A DNA stretch of 34,447 nt, taken from a virus (lineage: Duplodnaviria > Caudoviricetes). Under the pieces are notes generated by a model. The model saw nothing but the letters and a program-made list of their open reading frames with translations, did no database searches and was not told the DNA's origin. Positions 16,813 to 27,200 of this stretch are shown piece after piece. Made by a program: the position numbers and the translations under genes. Each line of letters opens with the position of its first letter. Position 1 is the stretch's first letter. The stretch covers positions 1 to 34,447 of IMG/VR virus record IMGVR_UViG_3300030095_001245; one strand, given 5' to 3'.

Positions 16813-17796
16813 ATGGCAAATGCTAGTCCAGTATCTGTCGGTAAAGTCAACGCTGGTGGTTCAGAAGACGCTCTATTTCTTAAAGTATTTTCAGGCGAAG
16901 TTTTAACTTCATTTGAACGTGCTTCAGTAACTCAAGGAGCTGAAACTGTCCGTACAATCAGTAATGGTAAAAGTGCACAATTCCCTGTAATGGGTAGAAT
17001 TGACGCTTCTTATCACACAGCTGGTACAGAAATCACTGGTAGTGACGTAAACCACAACGAGAAAATCATAACAATCAATGACTTATTGATATCTTCTGTT
17101 TTTCTTTCTAACATAGAAGAAGCAAAAAATCATTATGATGTTAGAGGTTCTTATTCATCCGAAATCGGTAGAGCATTGGCTTTCCAAAAAGATAAGCACA
17201 TCCTACAAACAATCGGACAAGCGGCTCAGGCTTCTGCAAACGTATCTGATTCAGGTTACGCTTCAGGAACTGTCCTAACAAACACTTCAATCGCTAGTGC
17301 TACAGCTGCTACAGCTGCTAACGCAATGATTGATGAACTTTTCAACGCTGCAAAACAACTTGACGCTAACTATGTGCCAAGAGAAGGACGTAAGTGCTTC
17401 ATCAGACTTGAAGAGTATTATAAATTAGCAAACGCTACTAACGCTGTGAATGTTGACTTTAGTGGTCAAGGTTCTATTGCTGAAGGAAAAGTATTGAAGA
17501 TTGCTGGTATTGAATTAGTACCAACACCACACTTTGTGGCTTCAGACTTCTCATCTTCAACAAACGTTGATGGCGGTTCTGCTACAGCTGGTGGTTCAAA
17601 CCCACAACAAGTTAACTTAGCTAACTATGTTGCATTGGTTTGCCATCCTTCAGCTGCGGGTACTGTTAAGCTCATGGACTTAGCAACTGAAATGGAATAT
17701 GACATAAGACGTCAAGGTACATTGATGGTAGCTAAGTATGCTATGGGTCACGGCGTGCTCCGTCCTGAAGCGTCTGTAGGTATTAAAGAAGCTTAA
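16813..17796 (+). CDS. major capsid protein (T7 gp10-like)
   Basis: ALFLKVFSGEVLTSF, RTISNGKSAQFP, ITINDLL, NHYDVR, AKYAMGHGVLRPE; AAGGAG SD. Confidence 0.98.
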   Translation: MANASPVSVGKVNAGGSEDALFLKVFSGEVLTSFERASVTQGAETVRTISNGKSAQFPVMGRIDASYHTAGTEITGSDVNHNEKIITINDLLISSVFLSNIEEAKNHYDVRGSYSSEIGRALAFQKDKHILQTIGQAAQASANVSDSGYASGTVLTNTSIASATAATAANAMIDELFNAAKQLDANYVPREGRKCFIRLEEYYKLANATNAVNVDFSGQGSIAEGKVLKIAGIELVPTPHFVASDFSSSTNVDGGSATAGGSNPQQVNLANYVALVCHPSAAGTVKLMDLATEMEYDIRRQGTLMVAKYAMGHGVLRPEASVGIKEA

Positions 17797-17817
17797 TCGT
17801 TTCTTATACTTAACCTT

Positions 17818-17846
17818 GAGGGGATGGCTTTGGCTGTCCCCTCTTT
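17818..17846 (+). terminator. T-phi-like terminator hairpin after the capsid gene
   Basis: GAGGGGATGGC-TTTG-GCTGTCCCCTC followed by only TTT (probably leaky). Confidence 0.8.
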
Positions 17847-17858
17847 ACTGAGGAAATT

Positions 17859-18461
17859 ATGGCAACACAAATAACACCAACTACCGAGTTACAAGCTATC
17901 AACACCATGCTCTCTGCTATTGGAGAAGCACCTGTTAACTCAATTAGCGGCGTAACAAACGTAGACGTATCTGTCGCTATAAATATCTTAGATGAAACTA
18001 GCCTTTCTGTACAAAGTGAAGGCTGGAACTTTAACACAGAATACAATGTAACTTACTCAATAGATGATGATAGTAAGATTCCATTACCTTCCAACTGCGT
18101 CCAAGCTGACGCTCATGCAACACACAGATATCAAAACGTAGTAATACGTGATGGTAAACTGTATGACCTAGATAACCACACAGACGTTTTTACAATCGTC
18201 CCACCATTAGATGTTGTATTAGTACAACAATTTGAACAACTACCTGAATATGCTAGACGCTATATTACAGTAAAAGCCGCTAGACGTTTTGCAGCTAGAT
18301 TCATAGGTGACGCTGGTTTATCTGAACTAATGAGCATAGATGAACAGGAAGCTTATAATAACTTTAAGCAATCTGATTCTAGAAGTGAGGATGTAAACAT
18401 ACTAGAAGGTGACGCAAATACATATTCAATAATCAATAGACCACCTAGAAGGACTTATTAA
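17859..18461 (+). CDS. tail tubular protein A (T7 gp11-like)
   Basis: ELQAINTMLSAIGEAPV, VQSEGWNFNTE, LPEYARRYI..KAARRF. Confidence 0.95.
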   Translation: MATQITPTTELQAINTMLSAIGEAPVNSISGVTNVDVSVAINILDETSLSVQSEGWNFNTEYNVTYSIDDDSKIPLPSNCVQADAHATHRYQNVVIRDGKLYDLDNHTDVFTIVPPLDVVLVQQFEQLPEYARRYITVKAARRFAARFIGDAGLSELMSIDEQEAYNNFKQSDSRSEDVNILEGDANTYSIINRPPRRTY

Positions 18462-20947
18462 TGGCAGTAGTTTCTCAGTCGATACCTAACTTTCTGAATG
18501 GTATAAGCCAACAAACACCTACCCAACGTGGTATTAATCAAGGTGAAGAACAGATTAATTGTCAAAACAATATAATCAAAGGCTTAGGCAAACGCCCACC
18601 ATCAGAATATATAGCTACACTAGACGCTACAAACGTATTTCCTAACACTACAAAGATATGGAACATACAAAGAGATGAGAACAATAAATACATTGTTGCA
18701 TTTTACAACGGTGGGGTAAAAGTTTTTGATTTACAAGGCAATGAAAAGACAGTAAGTTTTCCTGACGGCACATCTTATCTTACAACTACCAATCCTAAGA
18801 ATGACCTTAAGATGGTTAACATTGCTGATTATACTTTTGTATCTAACAAATCTATAACACCAGCACAAAGTGGTACAACTACAGCAGCTAAACTAGAATA
18901 CTTTTATGTAGTGTTTAAGGTAACTAACTTTGGTAGAGAGTATGCAATACATCTTACTCACCCTGACTTACCTTATGGTATTAATGCAATTATACAAATG
19001 CCTGACGGTAGTGACGCTAACCATGACACAGATTTTAGAGATACAGCAAAGCTAATAGATATCTTTAGATATGGTACAAGCAGTACTTATTGGAACTCTT
19101 CTTCTAGTATAGAGTTTAAATTAACTAGAGCAGACACAGGGGCAACACTAAGTACAACACAAGGTTTAAGCAGTTATTCAGCTGTAACTGCTGAGTTTAC
19201 ATTTACAGAACACCAGTCTGCATTACGTGGTTATGTAGTAGACCAAAACGCTAACTATACAGTAGAGACACATGATGGTGCTGGTAACAGTGAGCTGTAT
19301 GCTGTTAAAGATGAGATACAAGATTTTACTAAGTTACCTTATTATGCAAAGTTAGATGATAAGATTAAAGTAACAGGTGACGCTGGTGATACAACATCAG
19401 ATTACTATGTTAACTATGTAGGCAATGGTGTGTGGGAAGAATGTATAGCACCCAACACAAGTACAGGGTTAGATAACTCTACAATGCCACATGCTCTTAT
19501 TAATAATAATAACGGAACATTTACTTTTGCACGTCAAACTTATGTAGCTCGAGACGCTGGGGATGGTGTCACAAACCCTGACCCTTCATTTGTAGGACAG
19601 AAAATACAGAACCTTACATTCTATAAAAATAGACTAGGTATATTAGCTGGAGAGAATTTAATATTATCAGGTAATGCTGATTACTTTAACTTCTTTGGAA
19701 CAACAGTAACACAGGTATTAGATACAGATGTTATAGATGTTGCAGCTTCAGGTACAACTGTAAACGTATTAAGAAATTCAATATCATTCAACGAAACCTT
19801 ACTGTTATTCTCCGACACATCACAGTATAAACTCGCTTCAGCAGCTGAGACAATTACCCCGACCTCAGCTGTGTTGAATGAGGTGTCTACATTCTCACAC
19901 AATGATGAAGTAACACCTGTATCTTCAGGTAGATATGCTTACTTCTCACAAGTACGTAATGCAAACACAGCAGTAAGAGAATATTATTCAGACAATGATA
20001 CATTAACTAATGACGGTTTAGATGTTACTGTTGCGGTACAAACTTTGATACCTGACAACGCTTATTCAATATTAAGTAACACAACAGAAGATTCTTTGAT
20101 AGTGCTGTGTTCAGATACAGCTGACACTCAGACAGCACCATACACTACAGGAACAGCTGTATCACCTACCAATGCCAACACAATGTATATGTACAAATAC
20201 TTCTTTGATAGAGGTGAGAAAGTACAAACTGCATGGTCTAAGTGGACATTAGCTGGTACTAAGATAATAGGTGGTATGATAGACCGTAGTTTTGTATATT
20301 TATTTGTAGCTGAAGGAACAGACACAAAGTTACTACGTATTGACCTACAAGATTTATCAGATGAAACCATAGGTCATAATGTATATCTAGACCTTAAGAA
20401 ATCTGTAACTGGAACTTATAATTCAGGTACTGACCTTACTACATTCACTAGCCCATATGGAGCTAAGACAGGATTACTAGCTGTGAACGCTAGCACAGGA
20501 GCTGATTACACAGCAACAAATACAACAGGTTCAACATATACAATAGAAGGAAACCACACTAGTTTAATTATAGGTGTCCCTTATGAATCTAAATATACAC
20601 TGTCACCACAGTACGTAAGAGAAGCTTCAGGACAAGGGGCTATAGCTGTTACTTCAGGTAGGTATCAGATACGTACTATATCATTTGACTATGAAGACAG
20701 TGGATTCTTCCAAGTAGAAGTAACACCTGAGAATAGAAATACATATACTACATTTATGAATGGTTATATTATTGGTTTATCAGGAGCAGTGGATAACCCA
20801 GCGATTTCGTCAGGTACTATTATTGTTCCTGTACAAAGTAGAAATACATTATTTACATTAGATATAAAAAGTAGCTCACACTTACCTATGTTTATTCCCA
20901 GTGCTGAAGTGGAAGGTTACTACCACAGACGTTCTAAGAGAATATAA
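18461..20947 (+). CDS. tail tubular protein B / nozzle (T7 gp12-like)
   Basis: SIPNFLNGISQQ, GLGKRPP, TMPHAL, PSFVG, FYKNRLG, QTAWSKW. Confidence 0.96.
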   Translation: MAVVSQSIPNFLNGISQQTPTQRGINQGEEQINCQNNIIKGLGKRPPSEYIATLDATNVFPNTTKIWNIQRDENNKYIVAFYNGGVKVFDLQGNEKTVSFPDGTSYLTTTNPKNDLKMVNIADYTFVSNKSITPAQSGTTTAAKLEYFYVVFKVTNFGREYAIHLTHPDLPYGINAIIQMPDGSDANHDTDFRDTAKLIDIFRYGTSSTYWNSSSSIEFKLTRADTGATLSTTQGLSSYSAVTAEFTFTEHQSALRGYVVDQNANYTVETHDGAGNSELYAVKDEIQDFTKLPYYAKLDDKIKVTGDAGDTTSDYYVNYVGNGVWEECIAPNTSTGLDNSTMPHALINNNNGTFTFARQTYVARDAGDGVTNPDPSFVGQKIQNLTFYKNRLGILAGENLILSGNADYFNFFGTTVTQVLDTDVIDVAASGTTVNVLRNSISFNETLLLFSDTSQYKLASAAETITPTSAVLNEVSTFSHNDEVTPVSSGRYAYFSQVRNANTAVREYYSDNDTLTNDGLDVTVAVQTLIPDNAYSILSNTTEDSLIVLCSDTADTQTAPYTTGTAVSPTNANTMYMYKYFFDRGEKVQTAWSKWTLAGTKIIGGMIDRSFVYLFVAEGTDTKLLRIDLQDLSDETIGHNVYLDLKKSVTGTYNSGTDLTTFTSPYGAKTGLLAVNASTGADYTATNTTGSTYTIEGNHTSLIIGVPYESKYTLSPQYVREASGQGAIAVTSGRYQIRTISFDYEDSGFFQVEVTPENRNTYTTFMNGYIIGLSGAVDNPAISSGTIIVPVQSRNTLFTLDIKSSSHLPMFIPSAEVEGYYHRRSKRI

Positions 20948-21414
20948 TGGCACATGTGAGGCGGGCAATATCAGCAGACATAGCTTTTCTTGCACCTAAA
21001 ATGAGGCAAGCGGACAGAGACGAAATCAAAGCGTCAGACAATATAGGAGCTGCTGAGGCTCTTATGACACCTTTTCAGTATACAGGACATAGAACATGGA
21101 GTGTCATAGGCACAGACGAAGAGTATGTTATCGGAATGTTTGGTAGTGTACCAACGTTAGAGCCTGACTATGGCGTGGCTTGGTTATTATCTAGTGATGA
21201 GTTATTTAATTACAAAAAAGAATTTATAAGACAGTCACCTGAATGGATGGCACAAATGGGAAAAAACTATAAATATTTATACAACTGGGTAGACTGTAGA
21301 AATACAAAATCTATTAAGTGGCTTAAGCATTTAGGTTTTAAAGAAATACAACGAGATGAACATTATGGCAAAGGCAAAATGCCATTTTATTTAATGATGA
21401 AGGAGATGACATAA
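20947..21414 (+). CDS. gp13-like protein (GNAT-like fold)
   Basis: MRQADRDEI, LYNWVDCRNTKSIKWLKHLGF; position after gp12. Confidence 0.8.
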   Translation: MAHVRRAISADIAFLAPKMRQADRDEIKASDNIGAAEALMTPFQYTGHRTWSVIGTDEEYVIGMFGSVPTLEPDYGVAWLLSSDELFNYKKEFIRQSPEWMAQMGKNYKYLYNWVDCRNTKSIKWLKHLGFKEIQRDEHYGKGKMPFYLMMKEMT

Positions 21415-21415
21415 T

Positions 21416-22060
21416 ATGTGCGGCGTCGCAGAAGCAATGGCAGTAATGTCAGTAATGCAATCTATACAGGGTTATCAAACCCAACGAGCAGCAGCAAAAG
21501 CTCAAACAGAAGCTAATAAAATTACTGAACAAAATGCTAACATAGCTTACCTTAATGACATCCAAAAGATAGAAGGCGAAAAAGTAGAAGCCGCTAGAGA
21601 ATTTGCTCTTGAAGACTTTAAACGTAAAATGGACGTGCGTAAGAAACAAGCACAAGCACTTAACTTAGGTTTTGGTAATCCATTTAAAGTAATACAAGAT
21701 TTAGCTGGCACTGGTGATACAGATTATGTAGAACTGCAAAATGCTTTCTTATCAGATATGTACAAAGCTAATTATCAATATACACAAGCATACGCAGACA
21801 TGCAGCAAACTCGTGCTAAATACATTAAACCTGTTACAGAACCTAGTTTATTAGGTCTTGGCTTAGAAATAGGCACAACAGCTGTTGGATATGGAATGAG
21901 TCAGAACGCAATAATTAATCAATCTACACAAACTGAAATAGCTAATAGGTCTATGTATGGGATGGATATAAACGCTCAACGAGCATTGACAGGTAAGAAA
22001 AAATTATCACCTTTAGCTAGTAAAGTACAAATGGGGAATATTACAGGAGTCTATAAATAA
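21416..22060 (+). CDS. internal virion protein (gp14-like)
   Basis: MC start with hydrophobic N-terminus, Ala/Gln-rich helices; synteny; AAGGAG SD. Confidence 0.75.
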   Translation: MCGVAEAMAVMSVMQSIQGYQTQRAAAKAQTEANKITEQNANIAYLNDIQKIEGEKVEAAREFALEDFKRKMDVRKKQAQALNLGFGNPFKVIQDLAGTGDTDYVELQNAFLSDMYKANYQYTQAYADMQQTRAKYIKPVTEPSLLGLGLEIGTTAVGYGMSQNAIINQSTQTEIANRSMYGMDINAQRALTGKKKLSPLASKVQMGNITGVYK

Positions 22061-24216
22061 TGGCATATGAATCTAAAGTAACTAATAAATACTTCGGCAC
22101 TACATTTGCTGGGGCTGGAAGAGCCACAGTACAAACTGATGGTCTTGTCGAAGCATTAAAAACTGTTACACCTAAGTTACAAGAGATGGGTTCTACTTAT
22201 ATAGAAAGACAACAAAAAGAAGCTGAAGTAGAATTAGCTAGTTTACAAGCTTCAGGTACATCACTTGAAGATATACAAAAAATTATTACTTCAGGTGAAA
22301 ATGAGAAACTTAACAGCATGTATGCCACAGCTACTAATGATATGTGGATGGGTAAAACACAAGCTGCTGAAGATTGGAAATCAGTATTAGCTAACCAAGA
22401 CAATTATGACCCTAAGTCACAAAGTGCTGAAGAATTTTTAAATGAACATGTAACAGCAGATTTTAATAAAGGTGGTAAATATTTTTCAGGTGCTTATGCT
22501 TCTGTTTGGAATGAGAAGAAAGCAGCTTTTCTAACACAAGACGCTCAGAGTAGATTTGAGGTTAGAAACAAAGAAGAAATAGATAGTATGGCTGCCTTTA
22601 TAAAAATATATCAAGGCACAGAAAACGGTATAACAATATCACAACGTCTAGAAACAAAACTAAATAGTGATGGCAAACCACCTACCCCTAAACAAATTAA
22701 TGCAACTATCTTACAAGGGGCTGAACAACTTATAGAAGTCGGTGACTATGATAGAGCCGAAAGTTTCTTAAAGTCACACAGAGGCTACAACGGTAAGATG
22801 GAAGTTAAATCTTTATTAGATTCAGGTAATCCTATTGCTTATGATTTAATGGCTAAGATAATAGCTGGACGTAATACTAAAACTGTAGCAGAAGCTAAAG
22901 CAAAAAAAGAAGCTAATAAACTAAGGTTTGGTGTATTAAATTCTATGTATGTAACTGGAGAAACTATAGAAGGTGTAGAACTAGGTGGAGAAGTTTTAAC
23001 AGGTGGTCAGCTTCTAAGTGAAGAACAAAAATTATTAATTTCAAAAGAATTAACTAACCCTACTCATATAGGTTCATTTAATAAAGTAAAAGTAGCTTTT
23101 TCAGGAGCTCCTAACGTCTTTAATAATACACAAATACTAAATGGCTATAAACAAAAAATAGCTAATGGTAATTATTTTGGAACAGATGATGGGTATAACC
23201 AATTTCTAAATGACATTATTTCACAAGGCGTTAAATTAAACCCTATGGAAGCTAGAGAACTTCAAAAATTCTTTACCACAGCAAATGAAGCTTATAAGAA
23301 AAATGTTGATGTTACACGTATGCCACAAGTAACAACAATGGTAGATAAACTTTCTGAAATTGTTGTAACTAATTCTAAAATAGAGAAGAAAGGACAAGCT
23401 CAAAGAAGAGTCTTTTCTGTCATAGAACAATCAATACACCAGCAATTAAGAACATGGTTAACAGAAGACGTTGCTAACTTTCCACCATCTGAGACGGCGT
23501 CTAATGAAATTAAAATAGCATATGAACAAAAGTTACAAAGTAAACTACAAGAAATTGAAACCCAAGTTATGAACAGGTTTGGTACAAACGCTGAAATAAA
23601 AGCTATAACACAATTCATGGACACACCTTTTGACATGAACCCTGATGAAACTAAAGACACATTAATAAATGCTATATCTAGAGATGTAATGAATGTGTTT
23701 GACCGTCAAGCTGGTTTCGACACTATAGGTAAAATAGAAGAGATTGAAAATATAGTAGCAACTTCAAAAGCTGCTGGACAACCTATACCAGTTATATTAA
23801 TGAATAGTGACATATTTAAAACTAGTTTGTTTAAAGCAAAGGGTAAACTAGACAGGACTGACATGGCTATTGTTGCTAGTAAAATCATGGAAAACTATCC
23901 TGAGCTATATGACAATACAGAAGAAATAATGGAACGTAACAGAAACATTGTTGACAGAATGTCTACCTTAAATAAAGAAGACGTAACTACTGAAGAAGAT
24001 TTAGGTTTAATACAACAAGTTAGAGACGCCTTTACAGATGAAGATGAAGTACGTCAAGCACAACGAGTTAAAGAAGCGTTAGAAGCTGTTATAGGTGAAG
24101 AAATAAGCGGTAGATACTTATTAGGAAGTCTTAATGATGAAGCATTGGAAGCAGCTGCTACTCAATTTAATTTATCATTAGAAGAATTTAAAGATGTTTT
24201 AAAGAGGATTAGATAG
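22060..24216 (+). CDS. internal virion protein (gp15-like)
   Basis: 718 aa, helical composition; synteny only. Confidence 0.7.
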   Translation: MAYESKVTNKYFGTTFAGAGRATVQTDGLVEALKTVTPKLQEMGSTYIERQQKEAEVELASLQASGTSLEDIQKIITSGENEKLNSMYATATNDMWMGKTQAAEDWKSVLANQDNYDPKSQSAEEFLNEHVTADFNKGGKYFSGAYASVWNEKKAAFLTQDAQSRFEVRNKEEIDSMAAFIKIYQGTENGITISQRLETKLNSDGKPPTPKQINATILQGAEQLIEVGDYDRAESFLKSHRGYNGKMEVKSLLDSGNPIAYDLMAKIIAGRNTKTVAEAKAKKEANKLRFGVLNSMYVTGETIEGVELGGEVLTGGQLLSEEQKLLISKELTNPTHIGSFNKVKVAFSGAPNVFNNTQILNGYKQKIANGNYFGTDDGYNQFLNDIISQGVKLNPMEARELQKFFTTANEAYKKNVDVTRMPQVTTMVDKLSEIVVTNSKIEKKGQAQRRVFSVIEQSIHQQLRTWLTEDVANFPPSETASNEIKIAYEQKLQSKLQEIETQVMNRFGTNAEIKAITQFMDTPFDMNPDETKDTLINAISRDVMNVFDRQAGFDTIGKIEEIENIVATSKAAGQPIPVILMNSDIFKTSLFKAKGKLDRTDMAIVASKIMENYPELYDNTEEIMERNRNIVDRMSTLNKEDVTTEEDLGLIQQVRDAFTDEDEVRQAQRVKEALEAVIGEEISGRYLLGSLNDEALEAAATQFNLSLEEFKDVLKRIR

Positions 24217-27200
24217 TGTCAGAAAGCATATATGATATAAGACCTATAGAAGAAGAAGGACTTACAGAAGGCGGTGCAAAAAAAGTAGAAGAAAAAACCA
24301 TGCCACCTTTAGAAGTTAAACCTGAACTTAATAGGCTTAACTCAGGACAACGACGCAGAAACTCAAGAGAACGTAACGCTAGAGACGCAGCAAGCTCAAT
24401 AGAAAGAGAGCAAATAGCTTTAGATAAATTAGAATCTAGAGATTTTTTAGATGTTGTATTCCCACGTTTTTATAAAAACAAATATGATGAAGACGTTTCT
24501 GAGTTATCTGATTTAGAAAAAGTACATCTATTTTATGAAGATAGAATTGGAAATTATCACAACACAGGGAAAGCTATAACAGAAGTCTATGGCGTAACTA
24601 TGGGTGACCTGTCTAAAGACAATGAGTATAGAGCAGACTGGGCGGAAATGACTCAGCTATATGAAGACTTACCTGACTTTGGTCAAGGTGGTATAGGTGT
24701 TTGGAAATGGATAAAACATTTCTTACCTGAGATGACTATTAAAGACCCTACTTTTTATATTTCACTAGGCTTAGGTAAATTAGCTACAAGCTCAGGTAAA
24801 AACAAAGCTATAACTGAGGCAGTAGAAGTAGTTAAAAAGAAAATAGCTAAAGATAAAATTGAAAAAACAAAAGGTAAAGAAGCTTTAGAAAACATTAGTG
24901 ATGAAGATTTAGCTAAATACTTTGATAACAATGAACTAGCACGTCAAATGACACTTAACTCTGCAAAAGCAGCGGCTGCGTTTGATGGTCTTATAGGTGT
25001 TGGTGTAGGTGTAGCACATGATATGCACGCTCAAGAATCTGAAATAGAAGCTGGATTAAGCAATGAATTTTCTACTTGGAGAATGATAAAATCAGGGACA
25101 CTAACAGGAAGTATAAGTGCTCTCACTAGTGGAATATTTACTGGATACTCATTAAAAGGGGCTAACTCAAAGTATTACAAAGATAAAGAAACAGGGTTTC
25201 TAAGAGATGTAAACAGAGAACTTCGTGACTTAGATATTGAGAACAACGTAAGTTATCAGGTAAACGCTAAAGGAGAATTAAAAACATTTAAACCTAAGAA
25301 AGGCGGTAAAAAGAAAACAGCAGCAACTACTAAAAAAGAAATAGAAAAGCCTGATGAAAGTGATTTAATTATACAAAAGTCAAAAGAATTTAGTAGAACC
25401 ACTGACATACTAAACTACGAAAAGATTAAAGGCTCTGATGATTTTAAGTTAGAAATAAAAAACATTATGGATAGCTTAGGAAAGAACGGTGTTATTAGAA
25501 CAGAAATCAGAAAAGCTTTACTAAAGAAAGCAAAAGACAGAGGCATAGAACTACAAACTAAAGACACTGATAGAGTGTTTGAAATGTTAGAACATTTGTC
25601 AAAAATGGGTGACGAAGGAGCTGCTCTTAAGTTTGCCGCTGATTTAGAAGTGTTAGGTAGAATACAACAATTTGTTAAACTAAGAGACTTAATAGAAGAA
25701 GCAGTAACTCCAAAAGAAAAAGCAGCACTAGCTAAAGAAATGGAAGATGTGTTCTTAGATATTGCTGAAAAATCAAAAATATCAACAGGGGCTGGGACAG
25801 CTGCGTCAGACATTGTACAGTCAGGCAAGTTAACTAGAGACTTAAATGAAGTAGAAAAATTAATGTTACAAAAAGCCGAGCTAATGACAGAAGCTGTAAA
25901 CGCTTTTAAACGTGGCTTTGCAGATATGTCAGTAGAGCAACGTATAGAAACACTTGCTAAGATGGGTGAACACATGAACAACCCTTATAAGCTACAGCAG
26001 CTTATAGATGACGCAAATATTAGAGCAAATAAAAACCAAGTTACTTTTGGTCAAGCTTTAAACGAAGTAGTTACAGGAAGTCTGCTATTAGATATATCTA
26101 CTCATATAATTAACATGTCAAGTGCTGGTATAAAAACATCACACATGAGATTAGAAGATTATTTAGCGGGTATTATACATCTAGGTAAAACTGGTGATAT
26201 TGAATTATTACGCATGTTAAATGATGTAAATATGCAAAACAGGTTTGTATACGTAAGTGCGTTAAAAGACGCTATGCTTGCGTTTAAACTACAACGTTCT
26301 ATTGGTGACCAGTTTGAACATAAGTTTGACCAGCCAAGATTATTCATGGCTAACCAATATGTTAAGCAAAGTGAAGCTAGTGGTAACGCTTTAGAAAAAT
26401 TACTAACAAGTCCGTATATAAGTATAAACTCTAAGTTTTCTAACTTTGCATTTAAGTCATTAGGCTTTGAAGATACATTTATAAAAAACTTAGTAAACAG
26501 AGCCTATAGAATAGCTCATGTAAATCACCGTATGCGTAAGTTTTATCCTGAGTTATGGGGTAAGAAACCTAAAGATGTAACTAAAGCATTAGTAGAAGAA
26601 CAACAGATTAGGCATTTAAGAAGGGAAATAAATTATCAACTATCTTTAGACAAGGTTGACAAAGCTAAAGTACAAAAGATGGAAGATGAAATACTTGAGC
26701 TTGAAGCTAAAATAGACACAGGAGAATTTGCTACTAAATACCGTGAACTCTTTTATCAATACGAAGATGAGTTTGGTAACTTTAGAATGACTAAAGATTT
26801 TGATGAGTCTGAAATAAGCTCATTAGATGAACTTACTAAATCTGTAGCATACGACCCTACATATGTAGGAAGGGAATCAAACTTTACTAACAATCCAAAA
26901 AGAGAGATATTTGAACCTAATCAATTCTACCCTGAACAAACTAGAAACCAATACGACATAGGTGGTAGGTTTATAAAGTTTGCTAACCAATGGGGATGGG
27001 GACGTTATCTAACAGGACTTCATTTTATGAAGACGCCTAACAATTTAATAAAAGAATTTGCTATAAGAACACCAGTGTTAAACATGGTAGTTAGTGACTG
27101 GTGGAAAATGATGAGAGCAGAAGACCCTATTATACGTACTAAAGCTCACAGTCAATCTTCTTTAGGTTTAATAACTACACTTGCTGCATATCATTACTTT

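Noticed and set aside
17770-17858. T7 10B-type frameshift extension of the capsid protein
   Set aside because: No clear slippery heptamer, and only about 60 nt containing the terminator before the next gene.
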